From Chiloscyllium plagiosum (taxonomy: Eukaryota): 64,000 nucleotides of DNA. The first letter of the stretch is position 1, and each line of letters begins with the position of its first letter. Both the position numbers and the translations under genes were made by a program. Below, piece by piece: positions 39,185-51,589 of the stretch. The notes beneath the pieces were generated by a model. The model made no database searches. It was not told where the DNA came from and saw nothing but the letters and a program-made list of their open reading frames with translations. The stretch is from contig NC_057718.1 in the NCBI RefSeq assembly GCF_004010195.1, positions 76,641,316 through 76,705,315 on the forward strand, read 5' to 3'.

Positions 39185-41635
39185 CCATTCGGCCCTTTGA
39201 ACCTGTTCCATCATTCAGTAAATTTATGACTGCTTTAATTACCCTATCTTCTTGTCTACTGTAGACCTTCATCCCTTATACATCAGGAATCTTCCTACCT
39301 CAGCCTTAAAAATATCCGAAGACTCAACTTTCACACATTTTGAGAAAGGGAATTTCTCAGATTCACCACTCTTTGGCAAAAAATGTCTCCACGTCTCTGT
39401 TTTAAATGAGGGAACTACTTTTTTAAAAAATAGCTACTGCTATTTCTAGAGTCTTCCACAAGAAGAAATATCCTTTCCACAGCATCAAAGTTTCTATCAA
39501 GTCACCTGTCACTCCACTGATCTCCAATGGATGCAAGCCTAGCCTATCAAACCTTTCCTCATAAAACAACCATGCATTCTAGGTAACAGTCTAGTATACT
39601 TTCTCTGACTTGCTTCCAATGCATATTCATCCTTCCTTAAATAAGGAGACTAATAGTGTACACAGTACTCCAGATGTGGTCTTATCAATGCCTTTTACAA
39701 CTAAAGCATAACCTTCCTACTTTTATAATCAATTCCCCTCATAATAAATGATAACCTTACTTTGGCTTTCCTAATTATTTGCTGTACTTGCATACTAAAC
39801 TTTTATGGTTCATGCAGGAGGACATCCAGATCCCTCTGCATCTCAGTACTCTTCAGTCTTTCATCATTTAGATAAAATGCATCTTTTTTATTCTTCCTGT
39901 CAAAATGGACAATTTTACATTTTACTGCCTTATAATCCATTTGTCAGATCTTTCTTCACTCTTTGAATCAATCTCTATCCCCTTGTGTACTCTTCACATC
40001 TTGCTTTCCTGTCTATCTTTGAGTCATCAACAAACTTAGCAACCAGACCTCTAGACCCTTCAGCTAAGACATTTATATATAGTGAATCATAGAATCATAT
40101 AATTTACAGTACAGAGGAGGCCAATTTAATCCATTGTGCCTGTACCAGCTTCTGAAATAACTATCCAGTTAATCCCGTTCTCTAAACCTATCTCCACAGT
40201 CTTTTAACTTCATCACTTTCAAATATACATCGAGCTCTCTTTCAAACCTTCTCATGGAATCCACCTCCACCACTCTTTCAGGCAGCACATTCCAAATCCT
40301 AATAATTCTCTGAGTAAAAACATTTCTCCTCATTTCATTCCTAGCTGTCTTGCTGACAAACTCGAAATTGTGATCCCTAGTTACTGACCTATCAACAAGT
40401 GGAAACAGAATATACTTTTCTACCCTATCAAAATTGTTCATAATTTTGAACACCTCAATAAGGTCACCTCTTAACCTTCTCTGCTCCAAAGATAATGAAC
40501 CAAATCTCTCAAATCTTTTGTTGAATCTAAAATTCCTCATTATTGGTATCATTCTAGTAAATCTCCTTTGCACTCTCTCCTAGGCAGTTAATGTCCTTTC
40601 TTAAATAAGTTGTCAAGAACTGAACACAAAACTCCAAATGTGGTCTGACCAATGATTTATAGGGATGTAGCATCACTTCCTTATTTTAAATTCTATGCAT
40701 CTATTTATAAATAGAAGAATCCTTTAAGCCTTCTTAACAACTGTTTCAACTTGCCTGTCCACCTTCAGAAAATTATACCCATAAACCCTGAGGTTCCTTT
40801 GCTTCTGTGTTCTTGTCAAAGTTGGACCCTTGAGTCTGCATTGTCTCTCAGTATTTCTTCCACCAAACTGCATTACCCTACATTTTTATGCATAGAGATT
40901 CATCTGCCAGGTGTCTTCCCATTTGGCCAACCTGTCAATATCTCTCTGAAGTCATTCAAAGTCATCAGGCGTCCACAATCACCCAATGAAGGAGCAGCGC
41001 TCCGAAAGCTAGAACTTCCAAATAAACCTGTTGGACTATAACCTGGTGTTGTGTGATTTTTAACTTTGTACACCCCAGTCCAACACCAGCACCTCCAAAT
41101 CAAAGTCATCTTTGCAATTCACTATTCTCCCTAGCTTAATATCATCTCAAAATTTCATACCTATTAGACAGCTTCAAGGAATCCTGGGTTTCCTAGACCT
41201 GCTGTCTCCTCTCCTTTGGCAAATGGTCACCCATTCACCTGCAATCTCAGTATTCCTCCTCTGCTGCTTCTCAGAAGGTGGAGCAAAACCATTGTGCCAA
41301 CCTGAAAATAATTTATTTACACCTACTCTTTATACTTATCATAAGTCACCTAATTACTTCATGCCAATATGCTATCCTCTATACCATGAGTTTTTTATTT
41401 TCTCAATAATCTTTGATGTTACAGCTTACCAAATGCCTTCTGAAATCTAAGTATAATACATTCACCAGCTCCACTTTATCCACAACATATTTCTTTCTTT
41501 AAAGATTCCCCAAAAATATAAATCTTGCCTGATTATCTTGGAGTTTTCTGCATGTTCTGTTATAATGTCTTCAGTAATGGCTTCCAACAGATGTTTAGCT
41601 AGCCTGTAGTTTCCTCCTTTCTGTCTCCCTTTGTG
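39185..41635 (-). mobile_element. Two or more CR1 fragments
   Basis: SLEQRRLRGDLIEVFKIMNNFDRV...NVFTQRIIRIWNVLPE and QKGGNYRL remnants. Confidence 0.8.
40967..41099 (+). mobile_element. Penelope-like terminal repeat (family C) inserted in CR1
   Basis: 11-bp TSD TCAAAGTCATC at 40956-40966 and 41100-41110. Motif (CCA)ATGA-A-GGAGC-AGC-GCTCC-GAAA-GCTA. Confidence 0.75.
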
Positions 41636-41790
41636 AAGGTGATATTTCTCCTGCAATCTTCCTCCTCAGACAACTGCTGCTGTTCTCCCAGCTCTTCAAT
41701 ATCCAGAACATCACAGTTGTGCAGGGCACAGCATGCAAGGATAACGTGCACACTCCGTTTGGAGTACGTTGCAACTTTATCCACTCACCT
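41636..41790 (-). mobile_element. PIF/Harbinger transposase C-terminal remnant
   Basis: YSKRSVHVILACCALHN followed by an acidic tail, resembling the Harbinger Y.P..V..II.ACC.LHN motif. Confidence 0.6.
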
Positions 41791-43684
41791 CACTACTCCC
41801 CCACTCCCCAGCTCCACCCAAGAAAAGCAGCATTACATAAAAGATCATGCTTTCAATTCTAAAAGTTAAGAAAGGAGAGAAAATCACCTCTGTCCTATAT
41901 GATACCAATAACACCTTTGATTTTTTTTTTGGATTGTTACCCAGGGATGACTCTGCTAAGGTCATGTATGCTTACTTCTCCTCACAGAGACAACATTGAT
42001 CAATTTGTAATGGTGAATAACATGGTCAAGGTTGCTTATGGCCAGGGCTTGTATTTCACATGGAAAAACCAAGCAGGTCTGGAAACATCTGTGGAGAGAA
42101 AGCAGAGTCAACATTTCACCTGAAACATTAACACTACTTTCTCTCCAAAAATGATGCCAGACCTCCAGTGTTTTTGCAGCAATTTCTGTATATGTTTCAG
42201 ATTTCCAACATCTGCCCTTCTTGATTTTATTTGTATTTTACATAGTTGGTCACTACATTCAGTTCATATGCAGAAATCAGTGTTTACACATATCTTAAAC
42301 ATTATACTGTTTAAGTAGCTGATTTAATGCAGTTGACCCTTGAAGGTCTTCACATTACTTACAAGTATCCTCAGACATTAAAAAAACTTTCCACCTACTT
42401 TGGGTGCAAGGGCAGCCATTTCATTTCCAATGCAATGCAGATGAAGATGGAGGCAATGCAGGATGTTCTTCAAAGTTTGGGTTGCTACCTTGACCCGTTA
42501 ATCTAAGTGACGCTCCCAAACCTTCATGTTCCTTTCTTCTTTAAACTGCCTGATAACATTATCGGTTCTGTGGTTCCCTACATTCCCACCCAACGCTTTC
42601 ATTTAAGTCTTCACCATATTACCCACTGTGCTACAGCCTTAATTATGCCAACCAGCTTAGTTCTGCCAACCATCATGCTGTAGCATTGCCCTGTCAAAGC
42701 TAAGGTGGTAGTGATCGTCAATGACCCCTGCTCTCCTGCAGTAACCAGTGGCCTCCACTGCAGTATCATCTCCAATCCCTATATTATGAGTTTGCTCCCC
42801 CCCATCATAATCGTTGTCCCTTCTACACTGCAGCCTGCTGCTTTCAATCCCATAATTTGCTTCTTAAATTCTGATAACTGCTGTTGATTTGAGTGAATAC
42901 ACCCCCAAGGACTGACCACAGCCCAGGTCCCGTGATCAACTTGAAACCAGGGCCCTGAAGTCTGACCAGACCCTTGATTGATCTCTATTCAGCTTCACAG
43001 CTGACTTACTGCTAATACCCAGACTGGTGGCCCAAACCTTGGACTGTAATGATATGGATCACTTGACCCTGAATGCCCCAAGCTCCTGGACTAACCTGGC
43101 CAACATCCTTGATTGGCTGAGCCTGTCTGAAGACTCCTTCCCAAAGACTTTGAGACATGGCCATTTGGTTGTCACACATTAAATGAGTTTGGCATGTAAA
43201 CTGATGGCACATGCTGTTGGTAAGACATTGACATAGTCCAGTATTGTACAAAACATGTCCATCCCTTTGACTAATCATTGTTGACACTATGACAAGCTGC
43301 CTGGCTTTGTATCTGCACCCAAAAAGCAGAGCATACAGGGATGTTCCATGAAATTGCAAGTTATGAATAAGACAGCAATATGCAAAAAGAAAAGGCAAGG
43401 CAGAAACGCTGAGAGAATCCAAGAAAGCACAAAATGAGTCAGTGATAAAAGAGCAAGTTAAAAGCTCTCAGAAGCATGCTGTTATGATACACAAGCTGGG
43501 TGCCTGTACCTGCACAATACTGTCTTTGTAGCAGCGTTGCAATGAAAGGTGTCAGTGCAGTCCAAAGTGCAGCATTAAAATGGAAAGTCAGAGATGTACT
43601 ATGAGGATGTAGTGAGGTGGTGTTTGTCCAATGCCAATTTTGGATGAAGGATGCTGGTAGTTGCTACCCATGGAACATAACCCA

Positions 43685-44970
43685 TGACAGAGTCAGAGTC
43701 ACAGAGATGTACAACCTGGAAACAGACTCTTTGGTCCAACTCGTCCATGCTGACCAGATATCCTAAATTAATCTACTCCCATTTGCCAGCACTTGGTCCA
43801 TATCCTTCTAAACCCTTCCTATTCATATACCCATCCAGATGCCTTATAAATGTTGTAATTGCACCAGCCTCCACCATTTCCTCTGGCAGCTCACTCCATA
43901 CATGCACTACACTTTGCATGTAAAAGTTGCCCCTTAGGTCCCTTTTAAATCTTTTCTCTTTCACCCTAAACCTTTGCCCTCCAGTTTTGGACCCCCCCCC
44001 CCCACACACACCTAGAGAAAAGACCTTACCTATTTACCCTATCCATGCCCGTCATGATTTTATAAACCTCTGTAAGGTCATTCTCCAGACTCCTATGCTC
44101 CAGGGAAAATAGCCCCAGCCCATTCAGCTTCTTCCTGTAGCTCAAACTCTCCAACCTTGGAAACATGCTTGTAAATCTTTTCTGAAACCTTACAAGTGTC
44201 ACAACACCCTTCCTAAAGGAGGAAGATCAGAATTGCACACAATATTCAAAAAGTGGCCTGGCCTAACCAATATTCTGTACAGCCGCAACATGACCTCCCA
44301 ATTCCAATAAGCAATGCTCTGACCTGGGTGGCATGTTGGCTTAGTGGTTAGCACTGCTGCCTCATATCGCCAGGGACTCAGATCCAATTCCAGCCTTGAG
44401 CGACTGTCTGTGTAGAGTTTGCACATTTTCCCCGTGTCTGCGTGGGTTTCCTCTGGGTGCTCCGGTTTCCTTCCACAATCTAAAGATGTGCAGGTTAAGT
44501 GAATTAGCTATGCAAAATTGCCTATAATGTTCAGGGATGTGTGGGTTAGGTGCATTAGTTAGGAGTAAGTGTAGGGGAATGGGTCTGGGTGGGTTCCTCT
44601 TCAGAGGGTCGGTGTGGACTTGTTGGGCCAAATGGGCAAAAGTGAGGACTGCAGATGCTGGAAACCAGAGTTTAGATCAGCGTGGTGCTGGAAAACCACA
44701 GCAGTTCAGGCAGCATCCTGCTCCTCGGATGCTGCCTGACCTGCTGCCAAATGGCCTATTTACAATCTGTAGGGATTCTATGATTCTATGATAAAGGCAA
44801 GCATACTAAACACCTCTTCACTATCCTAACTACCTGTGACTCCACTTTTAACGAACTATGAACCTGCACTCCAAGGTCTCTTTGTTAAGCAACAGTCCCC
44901 AGGACCTTACCATTAAGTGTGTTAAGTCCTGCCCTGATTTGCCTTTCCAAAATGCAGCACTTCACATTTG
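43685..44970 (-). mobile_element. CR1 3' fragment interrupted by a SINE
   Basis: RFKRDLRGNFYMQSVVHVWSELPEE. The element resumes at about 44790 after the SINE. Confidence 0.85.
44326..44790 (+). mobile_element. HE1/V-SINE-like element, itself interrupted by a Penelope-like terminal repeat at 44636-44745
   Basis: SINE head, core and (attct)n tail. The insert is flanked by GCCAAATGG at 44627-44635 and 44746-44754. Confidence 0.8.
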
Positions 44971-46109
44971 TAGGGGAATACTGACCAAGTTAGAGACCTG
45001 GATGAACAATTACCTGCCGTGACTCTCGGGTCAGAGATTTTCACAGTCTGGTTTCTCACCAATGTCTGATGAAATAAAAATTGCATAGAAATGAGGCAAG
45101 ATTGGGTAATAATAAGACGTTAATGCATGCAAATAACCCTCTCACCACTTACCAGCAAGATTCCCACAGAAAATCAAACTCTTTATTTTTCAGTATGAGA
45201 ATCTAATTTCTCTGATCTCATTTAATTTCCCAACTGATTTGCCATTACCATTGTCATTCAGGGCTGGGAAGATTCCACCCCAGAAAACAGCTGTTAGTCT
45301 ATTTTGCAATTGGACCTGGTACTATTCATTTGGCCAGTTTATGTGACAAATGTGCCATCTAGTGGATTTTGAAAACAAAGCACGCTCAGTGATAACAGAT
45401 TGGGTAAGTGACTTGTTGCCATGTGAAGGACATTGAAAATGCAATTCCATATTGAGTTAACAAGGTGAATAAAAATGCCCCATGCTACACATCTCTACAC
45501 AGGAAACACAATTGTTTTCTAGCCAATCTAATGGTTCCATTGCAACAAAAAAAGTTACTGCACCAACTTTGACTGTTCTATGACCTGTGGACTAGGGTCT
45601 GACCAACTGTTAACTATTTATCCAATGGGACCTGTGGTTTGTTGTTGAACCTGATTCTAGCCCCATTAGTTTAAATTGCGCCACTGTTGCACGATTTTCA
45701 TGTAATGCGAGATCACATGAGAACAGAACTATCACTTTATATCAAAACTGACTGTATAAATGCTTTTCTTCAAATTAGTGTTATTTCCATTCTCATTTTC
45801 AACAATTTATATAAAGTTGCTCAGAAAAAAGATCTGTGTTGGCTAACCTTTTCATTCTGCACTCAAAAAGGGAGCAACAATTTATAGTGCATGAGAAAAT
45901 GGTACTGTTTGGTTAGCAAGTCGAATCTGGTCAGTGTATTATTCATGGAGAATGCACCCAGGAACAATTGCCGCCAACCACCAACCACATTTTGTTTAAG
46001 GTGCAATGCCTAGACAATTTTTTTTCTTGCTTTTAGAGGATAGATCACTGTGTTTGAAATATGTAGCTTTTGGCATGCATACATGAGTTACATTTCAACC
46101 TCAATTCAA

Positions 46110-47512
46110 TCTTGATTTCACGGATCAAGAGCTACAGTGGATATAATTTACTCAGCAAGTCAAGTTCAAGAAAAGTGTACAGAACAGCTACAACCTTTTA
46201 ATTTGATCTTATTTGACCTCACAAAAGCCTTTGACTCTGTCAACAGGATTGGATTATGGAATGTGCTCCTTAAAATTTGGCTGCCTGTTCTTCATTGTCC
46301 TTCATTATCTCTCAACTATTGCATGATGGCATGTAAGCCATGAATCTCCGTAATCGATCCACTTCAGGCCCAAACGTATGCAAATTAAGATCAAGCCATG
46401 GTGTGTCATCTCCAGTCTTCTCCATCTTCCTTGTCACAATACCCCATCCATTTCCTTGAAGCTTCCTTCTGGTGGGGAGATAATCGATAGGAAAAGCAGG
46501 AAACTGGTGGACCTCCGTCACATCCAATTCAGAATCATGACTATCCTAAACTCTGATATTGTGCTACAATCTGTAAACTATACTTGTGCATATGTACACT
46601 CAGAGGTCAACTCCAGATTTTCAATGATACATTCACAGAGGCACATGAGACAATGGGCTTAAAATTAAATATCCATAAGACCAAGGTCATCTACCAAACT
46701 GCTTCAGCAGCAAAGCATTGCCCTCAACAATCAAGATCCAAGGTGGGCCACCAGACAATGTGGATCAATTCCCACATCTTGGAATGTCCACCTATTGAGT
46801 GCAGATTCTATTGTGCCAACATTGTCTTTGATCTTCTGAAGATCAGAGTGTTTAATGATAAAGACCTCAAATCAGATCTGAAATCAGTGTTTAGAGGGTA
46901 ACAGTGTTAACAGTGGTTTTGGATGCACCAGAGACATGGATAATAATAGAAGACACCTCGAATCTCCTGAGAAATATCACTAACAACATCGCTGCAAAAT
47001 GCTGGAAATGCACTGTTAGAGTAGATGTATCAATATCAGTGTCCACGCTCAGGCCAACATTCCTAGAATTGAGGCACAGGTCACTATAAATCAATTTATT
47101 TGGGTGGGTCATGCTGTCCACTTGCCTAACACAACCTCCAAATAATGTTTTCTACTTCAGATTTCGTCATGACAATTGGTTACTAGGGGTAATTTCTTCA
47201 TGGATGTCCTCAAAGCTTCCTGGAAAAAAAAATAATATTCTCACTGACACATGGGATTATTTAACCCATTATTTAACTTGCAGAAGAAGCATCTGTGAAA
47301 GAGCCCACAATTTCAAGTATCTCCACCAGGCACAGGGAGGCCAAGCGCAAACAGTGGAAGGAGCATGTGAAAACGTGAGCATCCCACCCACCCACTTCAA
47401 CAGACACTACATGCCCCATCTGTGGCAGGCTTTCTGAATCCATAAATGATCTTAGGACCCACAACCCTCCACTGGAACAATATCTTTCTTGATCCCAAGG
47501 GACTGCCAAAGA
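46110..47512 (+). mobile_element. RTE-clade LINE, degenerate RT to 3' end
   Basis: DIIYSASQVQEKCTEQ...FDLTKAFDSVNRIGLWNVLLK, MGLKLNIHKTKVIYQ, C-terminal CPICGR motif. Confidence 0.8.
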
Positions 47513-47614
47513 AATTGTTCATGAAAAATACCACTCATGTTGCCACTGAATGGTAGGAGTGCAAAATAGCTAACTTCATCTGATGATTAAATGTTTTGAA
47601 ATACCTTAGGCTTT

Positions 47615-48933
47615 TGGATGTAGGTTTGCTTGCTGAGCTGGAAGGTTGATTCCAGACGTTTCGTTACCCTACTAGGTAACATCTTCAGTAGGCCTCAGGC
47701 AAAGCAATGCTGAAAATTCCTTCTTTCTATCTATATGTTTGGGTCGGTGATGTCATTTCCTATGGTGATGTTATTTCCCTTCGTGAAGTCACTTCCTCTT
47801 CCTTTTCTCAGGGGGTGGGTAATGGGGTCTAACTCGATGTATTTGTTGATAGAGTTCCGGTTGGAATGCCATGCTTCTAGTAATTCTTGTGTGTGTCTTT
47901 GTTTGACTTGTCCTAGGATGGATGTGTTGACCTTCCTCATTCGTATGTGAGGATACTAGTGGGAGAGGGTCATGTCTTTTTGTGGCTAGTTGGTGTTCAT
48001 ATACAGTGGTGGCTAGTCTTCTGCCTGTTTGTCCAGTGTAGTGTTTGTTACAGTCCTTGCATGATATTTTGTAAATGACGTTGGTTTTGCTCATTGTCTG
48101 TATAGGGTCTTTCAAGTTCATTAGCTGCTGTTTTAGTGTGTTGGTGGTTTGTAGGCTACCATGATGCCAAGGGGTCTGAGTAGCCTGGCAGTCATTTCCA
48201 AGATGATTTTGATGTAGGGGAGAACAGCCAATGGGGAACTTCAAACCAGCGTCTACAGGAAAACAACACATACAGACCAAATATTGAAGTACAGAAGCAA
48301 TCATCCCAACACCCACAAACGAAGCTGGACATTATTTCAATGAGCCAACACACACTGCAGCACAGAGGAACTATGCAGAGCAGAGGAAAATCACCTACAC
48401 CGTGTATTAAAAAAATGGCTACCCAATGAACACAGTCCGCCGATTTCTCAGCAACAAACCCAAACAAGCAGACAAAACATATCTAGAAACCCTAGCCACT
48501 CTCCCCTACAACTAGCCACAAAAAGACAAGACACTCTCCCACTAGTATCCTCACATACGGATGAGGAAGGACACCACTTCGACTGGGACAAACATCCAGC
48601 CTAGACAAGTCAAACAAAGACATGCATGAGAATTCCGAGAAGCATGGCATTCCAACCGGAACACTATCAACAAACACATCGAGTTAAACCCCATTTACCA
48701 CCCTCCTGAGAAAAGGAACAGTAAGTGACTTTACCACAGGAAATTACATCACCACAGGAAATGACATCACTAACCCAAACCTATAAATAGAAAGCAGGAT
48801 TTTTCACCTGAGTCCCACTGAAGATGTTATCTAGTAGGGTAACGAAATGTCTGGAAATGAACCTTCCAGCTCAGCAAGCAAACCTACATCCAAAACCTCA
48901 ACCTGAGCTACAAATCTTCTCAAAGCTTATTAG
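47615..48933. mobile_element. Truncated Penelope-like retroelement (Poseidon-like): GIY-YIG endonuclease on - arm, RT C-terminal region on + arm, inverted terminal repeats with hammerhead motifs
   Basis: - strand KDPI..SKTNVIYKISCKDCNKHYTGQTGRRLATTVYEH. + strand F.TSVYRKTTHTDQILKYRSNHPNTHKRS. TSD TACCTTAGGCTTT at 47602-47614 and 48934-48946. Confidence 0.88.
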
Positions 48934-49261
48934 TACCTTAGGCTTTCAGGGTGATATTAGGTAGTTTGGGCATTTTCAGATGTGAAAGTGGCAGTCTTAT
49001 GTTTGTTGATGAGTTTACATGAAACAAGTAAGCAATGTTCTATTCTAGATAGCCAATATTCCACAGAATATATTTGATGTAGCCTAATTCAATGTCTAGC
49101 TTAAATGGTGAGCAAATGGCTGCGGCCTCTTTATGAGGGTGCTAAATGGCTAGTCTTGCAGTACTTGAAGGACACTGGGAGACAATCTTTCCACATCAAA
49201 CTTGTCAAGTCCTCTAAGAATATTGAGCACTCCATTCTAAAGAAGGGTCACTGGATTTAGA

Positions 49262-51467
49262 GTTATAGAGTCACAGTCCAACCAGTCCATGCCGACCGTA
49301 ATTCCAAACTAAATTAGATCCCTCATTTCTTTTTAAATCTTTCTTCACTCACCTTAAAAATATGCGCCTTAGTCTTGAAATCCCCCATCATGGGGAAAAG
49401 AGACCTGCCATTCACCTTATCTATACAGTTCATGATTTCAAAAACCTCTATAACATCACCCCTCAACCTACTACTCTCCAGTGAAAAATGTCCCAGTCGA
49501 TCCAGCCTCTCCTTATAACTCAAACCTTTCATTCTCAGCAACAAGCAGCATCAAAGGAGAAGGAGAATCGACGTTTCAGGCATAAGCCCTTCTTCAGGAA
49601 TGAGGAGGGTGTGCCAAGCAGGCTAAGATAAAAAGTAGGGAGGAGGGACTTGGGGGAGGGGCGTTGGGAATGCAATAGGTGGAAGGAGGTTAAGGTGAGG
49701 GTGATAGTCCCTCCTCCCTACCTTTTATCTTAGCCTGCTTGGCACACCATCCTCATTCCTGAAGAAGGGCTTATGCCCGAAACGTTGATTCTCCTTCTCC
49801 TTTGATGCTGCCTGACCTGCTGCGCTTTACCAGCGACACATTTTTAAGCTCTGATCCCCAGCATCTGCAGTCCTCACTTTCTCCTATTCTCAGCAACATC
49901 CTAGTAAATCTCTTCTGAACTCTCTCCAGCTTAATAATATCTTTCCTATAGCAGGGTAACCTGAACTCCAGAAGAGGCCACAGGACAACCTCAATATGAC
50001 TTCCCAACTCTTATACTCAAAAGTCTGAGCAATGAAGGCAAGCATACTAAACGCTTCTAAATCACATGTGATATAAACTTTAAAAAATTTGTGTACCTGA
50101 ACCGCTAGGTTTCTCTGTTCTACAACACTACCCAAAACCCTACTTCTAATTGTACAAGTACTACGCTTGTTTGTTTTACCAAAATGCAATATCTTGCGTT
50201 GATCCAAATTAAATTCAATCCGCCAGTCCTCAGCCTTTTGAGCTAATCGATCAAGATCTCTTTGTAATCTTAGATAACCTTCTTCACTGTCCACCATACC
50301 ACCAGTTTTGGTGTCATTTGCAAACTTACTAACAATGCTTCTATATTGTCATCTAAATCATTTATATAAATGACAAACAAATGTGCACCCTGTGTAACAC
50401 TGCTAGTAACAAGCTTCCTGTTCAAAAGACAACTCTCCACCACCACTGTTTCCTGCCATCGAGCCAATTTTGTATCCAATTGGCAAGCTCATCCTGAATC
50501 CTTTGTAAACTAATTAGTCCACCATTTGGAACCTTGTCAAAGTAAACAATGTCTACAGCTCTGCTCAAGAAATTCAATCAAGTTTGTGAGATATGACTTC
50601 CCTTGCACAAAACCATGCTAACAATGCCTAATCATTCCTTGCCTCTCCAAAATGTATAAAATTCTGTCTTTCAGGATCATCTCCAAAAATCCTGAGGTTA
50701 AAGGGTGACCTTATCGAGTGTTTTACAATCATTATGGATATAGATAAGGTGAATGGCAGGTGTCTTTTCCCTATGGTGGGCAATTTCAAGACTGAAGAGA
50801 AAGATTTAAAAAGGACGAGGGGCAACTTTTTTACACAGAGGTTGGTTCGTGTACGGAATGAACTTCCAGAGGAAGTGGTGAGTGTAGGTACAGTTACAAT
50901 GTTTAAAAGACATTTGGATAAGTACACGAATAAGAAACGTTTGGCAGGATATGGGCCTAGTACAGGTAGTTGGGACTAGTTTATTTTGAGATTACGGTCG
51001 GCATGGACTGGTTGGACCGAACGACTGTTTCCATGCTATGTGACACTACAACTTACCCACCACCAAAGTCAGACTCACAGGTCTATAGTTTCCAGGTTTG
51101 TCCTTATATCCCTTTTTAAACAAAGCACAACATTAGCCATTCTCCAATTATCCGACACCTCACCCGTAGTTATAGATGATACAAATATTTCTGAAAGGGG
51201 TCCCACAATTTCCTCCCTGTCTTCCCCAATGTCCTGGGATACACTAGACCTGGAGATTTATCCACCTTTATATTTCTTAAGACCTCTTGCATATCCTCTT
51301 CTGTAATGTGAATTGTTTTCAAAACATCAATGTGTATTTTTCTGCATTCACTAGCCCCCATTTCTTTCTCCACACTAAAAACTGACGTGTAATATTCATT
51401 TAATATCTCTCCCATCTCATGAGGTTCAACACCAAGATAACCACTTTGATCTTTAAGGGGTCTACTC
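49262..51467 (-). mobile_element. CR1 LINE with nested insertions (family A cassette, and a + strand CR1 3' end at about 50690-51050)
   Basis: LSYKERLDRLG.FSLE.SRLRGD, YLRLQRDLDRL, LFVIYINDLDDN, EPHEMGEILNEYY. Confidence 0.85.
49544..49885. mobile_element. Penelope-like terminal-repeat cassette (family A), inverted arms, two hammerhead motifs
   Basis: 13-bp TSD ATTCTCAGCAACA at 49531-49543 and 49886-49898. Motifs at 49570-49597 (-) and 49759-49786 (+). Confidence 0.85.
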
Positions 51468-51589
51468 ACTCTCTGTTTTCTCTCCACAGATGCTGCCAGA
51501 CCTGCTGAGCTTATTCAGCATTTTCTGTTATACTTGTTTCAAATCTCAGCATCTGCAGTTCTTTGTTTTACTTAAGTGTGAGAACAGAA

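Noticed and set aside
45500..45756. Tc1/pogo-like MITE (…aaaactgactgTA end)
   Set aside because: Only one plausible terminus. No matching left TIR was found.
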